NCBI GenBank assembly: GCA_010909165.1
Contig: VJWM01000197.1
Coordinates: forward strand, 62,001 to 126,000
Length of the DNA stretch: 64,000 nucleotides
From: Anthoceros angustus
Lineage: Eukaryota > Plantae > Anthocerotophyta
Direction of reading: 5' to 3'
Of this stretch, positions 9,768 to 20,612 are shown one piece after another. Position numbers and translations under genes: made by a program. The notes beneath the pieces are model-generated. The model ran no database searches. It was not told the DNA's origin and worked only from the letters and a program-made list of their open reading frames with translations. How positions within the stretch are numbered: the first letter of the stretch is position 1; the number at the start of each line of letters is the position of its first letter.

Positions 9768-11755
9768 TTAGCAAGCAAAGTCTCCCTGACCAAAGTAACG
9801 CCCAGAGATAGTAATCAACATGTTGAGCCTGACAAGCTCGTCATCGCAATTGCTTTTTGCGGCACGGATTCCCGCGCATCTTCTATACAATTCCCTGAAT
9901 GACGCGCTTGTGTCGGCGTCCAGCGGCTTGTCAACCGCAGCTGCAAGTGAAAACAACCAACAGGCCTGACGCTCTGGCAATCCTTTGACGGTTTTCAGCC
10001 ACGACACATGATGCCTTAACAAAGCTGCCCGTGACACTTCGTCTAAGCTAAGCAAAACTGCCGCATATGGTAGCAAAATAGGCTTCCGCTCCTTGGGCGT
10101 CTGAGCTATGACAGCCGGGTTCAGGCCTTCAGCATCATCTCCAGCAGATACCTTCACATCTGCGTCAGGTGTCTGCTCGTGCACACCGTTTGAGAGTTCT
10201 GTATCACCTCCTCCTCCAGAAGGAGCAGTGTCTTCCGCATCACTGCCATCAGTTTTGTCACTCATACCTTCGCCATTCTGAAGATGAAGTTCAGAGCTAG
10301 CTTCAATGTGCTTCTCCTCCGATCCGAAATCCGTTTGAACGACGTGTAGTTCACTATCAGGTCCAGTATCCTGTGGCTCAAAATATATCTCTTCACTCTG
10401 CACAGTTTGATGTTCATAGACGACACTTCCACCGCATATACTCTCTGTAGGTTCAGCTGCAAAACTTCTGCCATCAAGTTGTACCTCAGGTTCGCTTTCA
10501 CAGTCCGACAGAATTGCAGCCTTCAGCTTCATAGTCACTTCCTCGACGGAGTCATTTGAATCACAGACTGAGACTTCTTTAAAGCTGTCAGCATCGCCCT
10601 CGACAGGTAGCACCTCCTCCTTCACACATTGGACTTCATCGTCACTACACGGGGAAGGAGCAGTTGCACCGAAACAGAATGCCTGCCAAGCTGCCTTGTT
10701 TTGAACCGGTGGCAGCCAAGAGTGCCAGGGTGCCAGATTAGGAGGAACGACCATGCCCGCAAGTCTCTAAACACACAGATTCAGGTTCAGAGTAAGTTCG
10801 ATCCCCATACCTAATATGCCAGCGACAAATTCAGCTGCATGCTTAATGTCACGAGACTCAACCTTGGTTACTAACCAGACGCAAGTCGGAAAAGTCTGCC
10901 AGAAACTCCGATTCCCATGCCTTTGAAGGCAGAAGCTCTGACGCACAGGCCGGGACAGCAGGGATCTGCGGAATGTAACGCGTTTGAGCAGCAGCAAATT
11001 TCTTCGGATTTATCTTCGCGACTTTCACTTTTGGATACCGAGCTGCCTCCCATCTGATAGCGCAACCGGCCATCAGCCGCAAAGAAACAACATGCTCTCC
11101 CACCAGCAAATCAAAGCGCAAAACTCTGATACCTGACTCTTCGCAGGTATTCCAATCCATCCTGCGGGGGACCATCCTCAAAATTAGGTTCTCCATGGAC
11201 CACAAACGCCCGAGGCTGGAGACTCTCCTCCTCGCTGTCCGAGTCCGCATAGACATCATCCACTTCCACGGGCTCCAAATCTGGTTGACCAGCATTGCGC
11301 ACCGTCTCACTGGAGTCGGAGCCGAGGACCACAAGTTCGTATCCGAGGTCACGCGGCTTCTGTTTCGCATCAAACACCACTACACCTGAAGAAGCAAGCC
11401 GCACAGTCAGAATGGAGCCCTAAGCCTTGCCAGGTGAAGCAGACAAGCACTGAATACAAGGGAACGGGACAAGAACACCGGAGCATGGAACAGAATCTTT
11501 CTCAGCGCCGCGCTGCCGCCAGTCCACATTGCGCTTCCGCACGGGAGGGACAGCTTTCTCCACGTCCAGCTCAAACAGCTCGTGAACCACGGAGCCTGAA
11601 TTGTGAAGAAGTTCGTTCCACGCAGAAGAATTTGCAGCATGCTCCCGCAAAGCAACAAGTGCCTCCTTGTCGTAGCGAACCCGTCCTGTGTTGCTACCGA
11701 CTATCCCCATGCCTTCATTCCCTTGAACACGCTCCTCTCGGGATACAGTGTCCAT
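9768..11755 (-). CDS. GEMIN2: GEMIN2/SIP1 (SMN-complex snRNP assembly factor), about 4 exons: ~11478-11755, 11133-~11384, 10876-11053, 9768-10766
   Basis: GEPNFEDGPPQDGLEYLRRVRWEAARYPKVKVA, LLPSKAWESEFLADFSDLR and WLFSLAAAVDKPLDADTSASFRELYRRCA...LNMLITISGRYFGQ. GT-AG introns at 11054-11132 and 10767-10875 restore the frame. The first exon and start codon are less certain. Confidence 0.88.
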
Positions 11756-12308
11756 GACTGTCGGGAACTCGTTTGCCTCCACTCCCTGCAAATATCCCAG
11801 TAAAATAACCACAAGTATAAACAAGACGGAAACAAACATTCCCGCGAGCTTAGTTGTTTTTTCCTACCATGACATGACCCTCGGGGTCTCTCTTTGTTGT
11901 CCTCCGCTACATGGACTCTTTCCATCATTTTCCCGTCCGTAAAGTCGGAAACTGAAATAAACATTTCATACACCATGTCCGGTCATCATACTCCGGTAGG
12001 TACCTTTGCCACTCTATGATGCTATTTATGTATATACTATGGTAGATATTTATAAGAGGAAGGGTGTAATGTAAAAGACAGTTCATCATCCACCTCCTTG
12101 TTGTCTCAGTCGTCGTTGATGGGCCCGCAATTCTAAGTGAGAGAACAAGCTCGAGGTTGGATTAAGCCCAGGTGGAACCTCTTCTCAGTAGAAAAAGAAG
12201 CCAATGGGAATAGAAGCCGGTGGGAATCGGAAGGCTTGGATGCAAGGTCAATCCAAAAGTGGGTCTCTTGCGCATGCCCATACTGTTTCTCCTAGAAAGA
12301 ATCTTGAA

Positions 12309-13337
12309 GCCCACAGAAACCATTTGCAGGCCTAGAGAACGAGGAAAAAAGAGGCATGACCTCCCTAGCCTGAGAGGATAAAAGGCCTCTAGCTGACCTT
12401 AAGGACATCTGCAGGAAAAAAGCCCCCTCCTCTATGCCCAACCCAGACGAAGCCTTCCAAGAGGCAGACCCATCCAAGCACTGATCCATCCGACCATGAA
12501 GCTAGGGGTGGATGGCACCCCATCTAAGCACCGATCCATCCGAAGATGGCTAACACCCTATCCAAGCACTAAGAATGGCACCCCATCCAAGCATTAATCT
12601 GTTCGGCCATCAAGCTAGGGGATGAATGGCACCCCATCCAAGCACTGATCCGTCCGAAGATGGATGGCACCGTATCCAAGTACTAATCCATGCTAAGAAC
12701 GCTCAACTCAGCCCAATGAACTCATGTGTCACTCCTTGAAGGAAGAGCCTAATATTATTTATGAGTTTCTTGCCTACCGGTACCATCTTTGACAACATAT
12801 GAATTAATCTTGGCGCTCACCCTAAGCCACGAAACCATTTGCAGGCCTAGAGAACGAGGAAAAAAGAGGCATGACCTCCCTAGCCTGAGAGGATAAAAGG
12901 CCTCTAGCTGACCTTAAGGACATCTGGAAAAAGCCCCTCCTCTATGCCCAACCTGCAAGCCTTCCAAGAGGCACCCCATCCAAGCAGATCCATCCGACCA
13001 TGAAGCTAGGGGTGGATGGCACCCCATCTAAGCACCGATCCATCCGAAGATGGCTAACACCCTATCCAAGCACTAAGAATGGCACCCCATCCAAGCATTA
13101 ATCTGTTCGGCCATCAAGCTAGGGGATGAATGGCACCCCATCCAAGCACTGATCCGTCCGAAGATGGATGGCACCGTATCCAAGTACTAATCCATGCTAA
13201 GAACGCTCAACTCCACAGTTCCAATGAACTCATGTGTCACTCCTTGAAGGGAAGAGCCTAATATTATTTATGAGTTTCTTGCCTACCGGTACCATCTTTG
13301 ACAACATATGAATTAATCTTGGCGCTCACACCCTAGC
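12309..13337. repeat. ~517-bp tandem duplication of a dispersed repeat rich in GCACCCCATC(C/T)AAGCA motifs
   Basis: 12309-12830 is repeated at 12826-13337. The copies differ mostly by small indels. Confidence 0.9.
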
Positions 13338-15289
13338 GCCCCCTGTGTTACGAGCTTTAAGCACTTATATCGTATATTGAATTGTACCTGATCTTGTTCA
13401 TTAAAAACATATTGATGTGAATGTGCAACTAACATAGGTATATATGAACTTTATTTTTATACTTTAAAATGAGTTATTTTTATTCAATATTTGATTTTGA
13501 AATATTTTTTAGTGTTAAATTTTGAACTAATTCAAGATATAACATTTACAAACTTATATACATGGTCTTCATAATAATATATAAAATGTTACAAAGGTAA
13601 TTAGGACCTTGTCAATAGAGCTCAAGAATGCAAAGAACATGGAGAAGATCGGTAATCATATTGGATTTGGATGTTTCACATCATAGCTATATATTTATTT
13701 ATTGTAAAATATTACACAAAATTATTCTTATTTGTAAATATTTTTTCTCTATTAAGAGATTCATGTAAAAATCAAGCCACGATAGGCCTCATATCATCTT
13801 GCTCATAAGTTTATGAGTATAGTGATTAGCTCCAAAAACTATAGCAAGAGAATATAAGAAAATGCAAGGTTGTTTGAGAGTTATTCCCAAAATTACACTT
13901 GAAAATGGATACCCTAACGAGGAATCCAATTGACACCCTAATGAGGAATCCAATTGGATTTTATTGCTCTATTTGCTTGGATACTTAATAAAGTACCTTC
14001 CTCTGGACGACATTCTTGGTAGAAACGCATACCCATATTCTGCATTGATATAATATTCATGATCATTTTTGCTGAAATTTTGCAATAGAAGAAAAAATTC
14101 TAGCTTACCATGCCATTCTCTGATATGGTATCATTTGACCCTGGAGTGAAGAATGACTTGATTCCGCTCGGCACCTGTAAAAATTATTTTTCAATATCTT
14201 TTGTCTTAGTCTCAAACGAGCTTCAAGAACAAGCATCAATCCTTATTAAAAACCACTATAACCTACTTTTTCATGTTCTCTTTTTTTCAAGAAGATATAT
14301 TTGTCACGATCTCGTTGACATATATGGTTGGCAGCTCCATAACTGGTAGCTAGGGTAGGTAGATTCACATCTCTAATGTTTTTCGCATTCTGGTTGATAG
14401 TATATTCAATAAAGCAAAGTTGATCTTACAAATTAATTGAAGATAACTAATGAAGATTGCTTGTGCGCCTATTTACATAGACTTGCCTGAGGCTTGTAGC
14501 CTTTCCAATGAGGCCAGTAAGTTCTGGAATGCTGATCTAGATCAAACAAGAGCATTCGATGTTTCTCTGACTCCCTGTCCACTCGCCATTTTGGAAGACT
14601 ACTTAATTTTCGATGAGGAGGTCCATAATAGTTTGGTAGATTGTATTTATCATCAGCTATCTACATACAACAACAAAGAATGCACTATAACTATAACTCA
14701 TTGTATGTAAAAGTTTTGAATATTGAATAATACTTGAATACAAATTTGTTGATTGCATACCAAACGCACAACAGCCGTCATGGTAGGAGTTACGACTACT
14801 TTGGAAACCCAATATCCTATCTCAACTAAATTGAATTTTTTTTAACCTACCAAACAATTGAACAAAGTCAATCATGTTGTACATTTCAAATATTAATACC
14901 TTAATTAAGCCTATATATTTAGTGAAACTTGGAAAAGCTTTAGTAGCTATTCAACAACATCATATAACTACCACATGAAGAGCTCAAGGGGTTACATTGG
15001 GGTCTTAGGATCCCATGAGTCAACTCAAACTAGTAATTACTGCCTAATGTATTATTTAGCCAAAGTAAGGAGGGTTGAGTGAAGTGCCTAAGAAACTTAA
15101 CCTCTTTAAGTAGTTTCTCCAAGATGGAGCCTTTTTCTGTAGAATGAAATTGTTATGGGCAATGCAATTAGTTCCAACGTGGAGGATGTCCAATCCAAAG
15201 GGTCAGGTTGTGTAGGAGATGGAGGATGTTCGATCCAAGGATCCAAGGGTCACATTGTATAGACATATGAGTGTTCAGCTTGATTGAAG

Positions 15290-15990
15290 CAACTAGGCAA
15301 CCTTCGTGAGCTCCCCACCCCAGAACACTGCTAGAAACTCATTGTTGCAACTTGCAATTGAAGGGGCTCTGAATGAGAGAGAGCAAAGTTCACCCAATGT
15401 TCCTCTGTTCAATTTGCGATCCTTAAAGATTTGGCCAACTCCTTCTCTAAGCCTCACGACATCTGTTTTTTTAATCAAGCCTTGCTTGAGGTTGAATGTT
15501 TTTGAATTGAAACATTTGTGGCTTGTGAATTTGAAGCCACATAAATACATTTTCATCCCACTCTACAATAAAAAATACATTTTCATCCCAATCTACAAAA
15601 GTAAATACATTTTCATCCCACTCTACAAAAATAACTACATTTTCATCTTTATCCTCTCTATTTACAACCCTGGCTACTTACGTGGATCATGTTTTCATGA
15701 GGCCACATAAAATTGCAATGAGTTCTTCTTCCTTTTAAACTCAGGGCCCAGTCTATACATCTTTGTTTGTCTTGTTTTCATCCCATTTGGACTGCATCTC
15801 TCCTAAGAATTGGGGATCCTAACACAACTAATTTTTGTGTCTGTTTTAGCTTTGTCACTTCATGATAGGTAGAGATTGGTGACAACTCACTACAAGGAGA
15901 GGAGTCATTTCACTAACTTAAAGTTTTGGGGCACCCTTCATTTTGGGTTGGTTTCACTTTTACAAGGTTTTATTTACTTTGCTGACATAG
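15290..15990 (-). pseudogene. Decayed paralogue of the AP2-like ORF at 17101-18492
   Basis: MKMYLCGFKFTS..CFN matches MKLKMYLCGFKFTSAICFN. Nucleotide matches to 17500-17800 (CGTGGATCAT..TG.GGCCACATAAA.TTGCAAT; TTTGTCACT.CATGATAG). It is disrupted by stops and a repeat expansion. Confidence 0.75.
15541..15647. repeat. 30-bp tandem repeat (about 3.6 copies) expanded from the KMYL-coding segment
   Basis: ATAAATACATTTTCATCCCACTCTACAA.A units at 15541, 15571, 15601 and 15631. Confidence 0.9.
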
Positions 15991-17245
15991 CACTTGTTTG
16001 GAAGTTCTTACAAGAAGGATTTAATATTCTACAACAAGATAGTATTTAAAAAATACGTTTTAAGTTTACAATGAAGTTTATAATACCTAATAATAGTATT
16101 TTAATTTTTCTTTGTAACCTAGGTATAAATTAGCTGAGTACATGGCGTTGGTTATATGGAATATGGCCATTTACACATGGGCTACAATAGTACATCAGCT
16201 ATTGGTCAGGGGCTTCAAAGCTGCATCTTCCCAAAATTTGAGTAAGGCAGAATCGTGGAAGGTAAAATCTACAAAGGATGATATTTCTCAATGTACTCTC
16301 GTATTACACGTAAATGGTTCCTAAGTGGTGAGTTTGTCCGTGCACAATTGAGGAAGGTAAAATCTACCCCGGATAATGTTTCTCAATGTACTCTTTTATT
16401 ACACGTAAATAGCTCCTAAGTGGGAAATTTGTCCTTGCTAGAAAACACTTCCTTTTCATAAAATATCCCAATCGTATGACTTCATGATCATATGATATAG
16501 CTGCATCTTTGTTTGTCTTGTTTTCATCCCATTTGACCGTGCATCTCTCCTAAGAATTGGGGATCCTAACACAACTAATTTTTGTGTCTGTTTAGCTTTG
16601 TCACTTCATGATAGGTAGAGATTGGTGACAACTCACTACAAGGAGAGGAGTCATTTCACTAACTTAAAGTTTTGGGGCACCCTTCATTTTGGGTTGGTTT
16701 CACTTTTACAAGGTTTTATTTACTTTGCTGACATAGCACTTGTTTGGAAGTTCTTACAAGAAGGATTTAATATTCTACAACAAGATAGTATTTAAAAAAT
16801 ACGTTTTAAGTTTACAATGAAGTTTATAATACCTAATAATAGTATTTTAATTTTTCTTTGTAACCTAGGTATAAATTAGCTGAGTACATGGCGTTGGTTA
16901 TATGGAATATGGCCATTTACACATGGGCTACAATAGTACATCAGCTATTGGTCAGGGGCTTCAAAGCTGCATCTTCCCAAAATTTGAGTAATCGGAAGGT
17001 AAAATCTACAAAGGATGATATTTCTCAATGTACTCTCGTATTACACGTAAATGGTTCCTAAGTGGTGAGTTTGTCCGTGCACAATTGAGGAAGGTAAAAT
17101 CTACCCCGGATAATGTTTCTCAATGTACTCTTTTATTACACGTAAATAGCTCCTAAGTGGGAAATTTGTCCTTGCTAGAAAACACTTCCTTTTCATAAAA
17201 TATCCCAATCGTATGACTTCATGATCATATGATATAGCTGCATCT
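15758..17245. repeat. ~740-bp near-identical tandem duplication including the 3' end of the AP2-like ORF
   Basis: 15758-16503 is repeated at 16504-17245. Each unit also contains an internal ~95-bp diverged duplication starting GGAAGGTAAAATCTAC. Confidence 0.9.
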
Positions 17246-18492
17246 TTGCTTGTTCCAAAATCTCCAAGGCATTTCTTTTTCCTCGATACGCTATTATCTT
17301 CATGGACATAGACGAAGGCTTTGTAAGTAGTCCTATTTTCATTTTCATTGGCATACACTCCAATATACTCGTGGACCCTTCTATTTGTTGTCAAGAAAAT
17401 ATCTGAATCTTGTGACAATAAGAACATGCGGTAGTCTTCCCAATCTGTGATAGCTTGCACGTCTGGGTGACACATGTCCTCCCAGTAGGTTATCGGATGA
17501 AAATTGAAACATATGGCACTTGTGAATTTGAAGCCGCATAAATACATTTTCAGCTTCATCTTGTCTACTTGTTTAGCTGGCCATCGTGGATCATTTTTTG
17601 ATGTGGCCACATAAATTTGCAATCCTTTCTTCTTCCTTTTGTGCCTTTTCTTCTCTGTTTTGTAATCTTCATCGGAGGTTGAACTTGTCCCATTAGAATT
17701 GTTTTTCTCCTTGGTATATGGGGACCAAACACAACCATCATAATTATTTGTCTTTTTATGCTTTGTCACTCCATGATAGCCAGAGTTCGAACGTGATGTT
17801 TTACCAATGCATGCTTTGCCTGTTATTATCATATCTTCAAGGTCTCCTTTGGTAGGACCTAAACGTAGACGATCTATGTCAGTGCTAACATGCCCGATTT
17901 GATATCCCAGTAATTTCCAAACCTCTTCTGAACCACCCATATATCGTGCAAGTGTTTCTACCACAATGTAGTCGTCTTGATGTTTTGTTGGCATAGGAGA
18001 TTGGTCCAAAGACCTCATATCTAGAAGATGTCTCTGGGAGTGAGAAGGTTGACGATAAGCTACAAAGGTCTCCTCTAGATCTGTTGCTTCCTCGATCTGT
18101 CGACTTACATCGTCAGGAGATTGGTTCAAAGGCCTTATATCTAGAAGATGTTTATCGGAGTGGGAAGGTTGACAATCAGCTACAAAGGTCTCCTCTATGT
18201 TTGTTGCTTCCTGGGTTTGTCGACCTACATCGACTTTTAATTTCAGTTGATGCCCACATATATTCTTTTGTAATTCCAATTGCTGATTTTTCCCACGTAC
18301 AATTTCTTGTATTTCCGATAGTTGCTGCTCAAAAACTTTGTCCTCAGCAATGGTCCTTTCCATAATTGTAAAATACGACCCAAGTATACCTTTCATCGGT
18401 TCTTTAACTTCATCCTCCAACATGACAGCGTCTAGAAGTGAGGTATATGGTCCTATCTGGCTGTCCATGGTATGTTCGTCTCCCTGGTTCAT
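17101..18492 (-). CDS. Highly diverged intronless double-AP2-domain (AINTEGUMENTA-like) protein, 463 aa
   Basis: Uninterrupted ATG-to-TAG ORF. R1-like: SGYHGVTKHKKTNNYDGCVW...KKGLQIY...CFNF. R2-like: YIGV...YKAFV...KKKCLGDFGTSKDAAISYDHEVIRLG...ARTNFPLRSY. A ~40-aa duplicated segment lies in the N-terminal part. Family assignment is by eye. Confidence 0.65.
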   Translation of the reverse strand: MNQGDEHTMDSQIGPYTSLLDAVMLEDEVKEPMKGILGSYFTIMERTIAEDKVFEQQLSEIQEIVRGKNQQLELQKNICGHQLKLKVDVGRQTQEATNIEETFVADCQPSHSDKHLLDIRPLNQSPDDVSRQIEEATDLEETFVAYRQPSHSQRHLLDMRSLDQSPMPTKHQDDYIVVETLARYMGGSEEVWKLLGYQIGHVSTDIDRLRLGPTKGDLEDMIITGKACIGKTSRSNSGYHGVTKHKKTNNYDGCVWSPYTKEKNNSNGTSSTSDEDYKTEKKRHKRKKKGLQIYVATSKNDPRWPAKQVDKMKLKMYLCGFKFTSAICFNFHPITYWEDMCHPDVQAITDWEDYRMFLLSQDSDIFLTTNRRVHEYIGVYANENENRTTYKAFVYVHEDNSVSRKKKCLGDFGTSKDAAISYDHEVIRLGYFMKRKCFLARTNFPLRSYLRVIKEYIEKHYPG

Positions 18493-19379
18493 GGTTCCAT
18501 TTTCGCTTCAAAAGTATACAAAGAAGACAAAGAAGTAGATCTATTTAGTTGGGTACCCCAAAAAAGCCACACACTTGGAGTAGTTCAAGTTCTACCTTAA
18601 TTTTCACCAAGTTCGTGTGGAAACATTCCATATCTATGATACTTTAGGCACATGGGTACATGCATATATAGGGGAAGATTGAGGCACCCATTTTCTTGAC
18701 CCTCGGTAACAAGGAGAAGTCTTTTTTTTTAAGTGAATTTGGAGACCTTACACATATTTTAAGTATACATTGAAGTCTCACACTTGGATTTTAATATGGA
18801 GTAACCCTGTAGGATAGTAACAACAAATGTTTCTGCACTGCTAAGACAAGGACATGATATTTATAATGCAAGTGATGTTTTTACATGATATTTATAATGC
18901 AAGTGATGGTTTTACAGTGCGAAGACAAGGACATGACATTTATAATAGAAAGCCCAGTACAAATAGGCCTATGAAGTCAGCACCCATCCGTCCGAAGGAT
19001 GCTGAACCACAACACATGTATGTGAACCACAACACATATTTCGATCATTAATATTTTACCGTTAATTTCTGAATCGAAAATATCCAACAAAAATGGAGCG
19101 ACTTACGTACATAATTTCAACCTCGAGTTTTTGTAAGGGCCATGGAAGGGGGCAGGAGGGAACGCGGATGGGCGATGGTGCATTTTGGAAACGGGTCGTG
19201 ACGGGTTTGGGCGCGCAACGTCGATGCAGTGTGTTCTCACTATTTCATTCACCAGCCGGAGATGGGGAATAGAAGCGAGGGAAGGAAGATTCAACCCTGG
19301 TTGAATCAGGAACGAACGCTCTAGACGAGCAAGCAAGCAACTGCAGGGCTCATCGACGAGCTGGAAAGAATTACGAGAA

Positions 19380-20052
19380 TTACGGCAGATCGGGCTGCGG
19401 CGTGTAGCGGAGATAGCCCTTTCCGGAGGGAAGGGGGAACGTCTGGAAGCCCTTGGGGAGGTCGCGCAGCGCCTGGACATCCGAGACGCCGGGGAGGACG
19501 ATGCAGCGGCCGCCCGGCTGCCAGTGCACGGGCGTGGCGACGCCGAACTTGGCCGTGAGCTGCAGCGAGTCGATCGCGCGCAGAAGCTCGTGGAAGTTGC
19601 GGCCCGTGGAGGCCGGGTACAGCAGCGAGAGCTTCAGCTTCTTGTCTGGCCCGATGACGAAGACGGCGCGCGCCGTGAAGGGCATCCGTCCGCGTCCTGC
19701 TGCTCCGGGTCCAGCATCCCCAGGCCACGGCCACGGCCCGCGTCGGGTCCGCCACGATCGGGTACCGGATGCTGCCCGCGTCGGGGCACACCGCCAGGAT
19801 ATCGTCGATCCACGCCCGGTGGGATTCCACCGAGTTGAAGCTGATGGCTACCACCTTCACCCCGCGCTTCTCGAACTCGCCCATCAGGGTCCCCACGCTC
19901 CCCAGCTCCGTCGTGCACACGGGCGTGAAATCGCTCGGGTGCGAGAGCAGCACCGCCCACGATCCATCGATGTACTTGTGGAAGTCGATCGGGCCCTGGT
20001 TCGACTCTGCGTGGAAGTTGGGCACTGTGTCTCCCAGCCGGATGGCCGCCAT
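19380..20052 (-). CDS. PER1: 1-Cys peroxiredoxin (Prx6/PER1 type), intronless, with two 1-nt frameshifts
   Basis: LGDTVPNF, LLSHPSDFTPVCTTELG (peroxidatic Cys), ARAVFVIGPDKKLKLSLLYPASTGRNFHELLRAIDSLQL, VATPVHWQPG and LPSGKGYLRYT. The frame breaks at 19723-19724 and 19686-19687. Confidence 0.92.
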
Positions 20053-20217
20053 GGATGGCTGGGATAACTTGCTTCGTCTGCTCTGCCTCTGCCTCTGCCT
20101 CAGCCTCAACCTCAGCTTCCTCCTGCTCTTTATGTATTATGTGCGGCCGGACAATACTTACACCAAACAACCAAAAATTCCACGCTTGTCTGCATATCCG
20201 GATTTCCAACCTCCCAT

Positions 20218-20227
20218 CCCCACGTCA
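20218..20227 (-). promoter_or_regulatory. Possible ABRE/G-box-like element upstream of PER1
   Basis: Minus strand TGACGTGGGA, about 170 bp upstream of the ATG. It is a short motif and could be chance. Confidence 0.3.
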
Positions 20228-20612
20228 GCGAGCATCTCTGAGAGAAACAGAGGGGAAAGTGAAACCACCCAACTGCCTTCACCTCAACCCCACCCACCCA
20301 CAGCGGCAGGTTTGAGAAAGCATCGCCCTCGAAAAAATGAGGCATAATTTTGAATAATCGAGCTGAACCGACAGCCGGCTTCCATGCCCACATTGGCATT
20401 GGGAAGCGTCCAGTTATCGTGAGCTGCAAAAATTAAAAGAATGAATGAGGGTGAGGACCGGGACAAAGTATGTACAGTTTGCCAGGGCCAAGCTTCGTGC
20501 ATCCGTGCTGACTGAGGCTGTCGTTGTGCTCGGGTTCCGGTGAAGACCACTTGTATTTCTTCGGTCGCTCTTAGAGAAGTGAAGTGAATCTGGCCGCTTC
20601 CACCTCCAGTCT

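Noticed and set aside
13340-15290. AT-rich region with short ORFs
   Set aside because: No motif I can support. Likely decayed TE or intergenic DNA.
19680-19730. Programmed ribosomal frameshifting in PER1
   Set aside because: No slippery heptamer. Homopolymer deletions recur across the contig, so sequencing error is the simpler explanation.
19453-20347. Plus-strand ORFs of 192-204 aa
   Set aside because: Antisense to the high-GC PER1 CDS.
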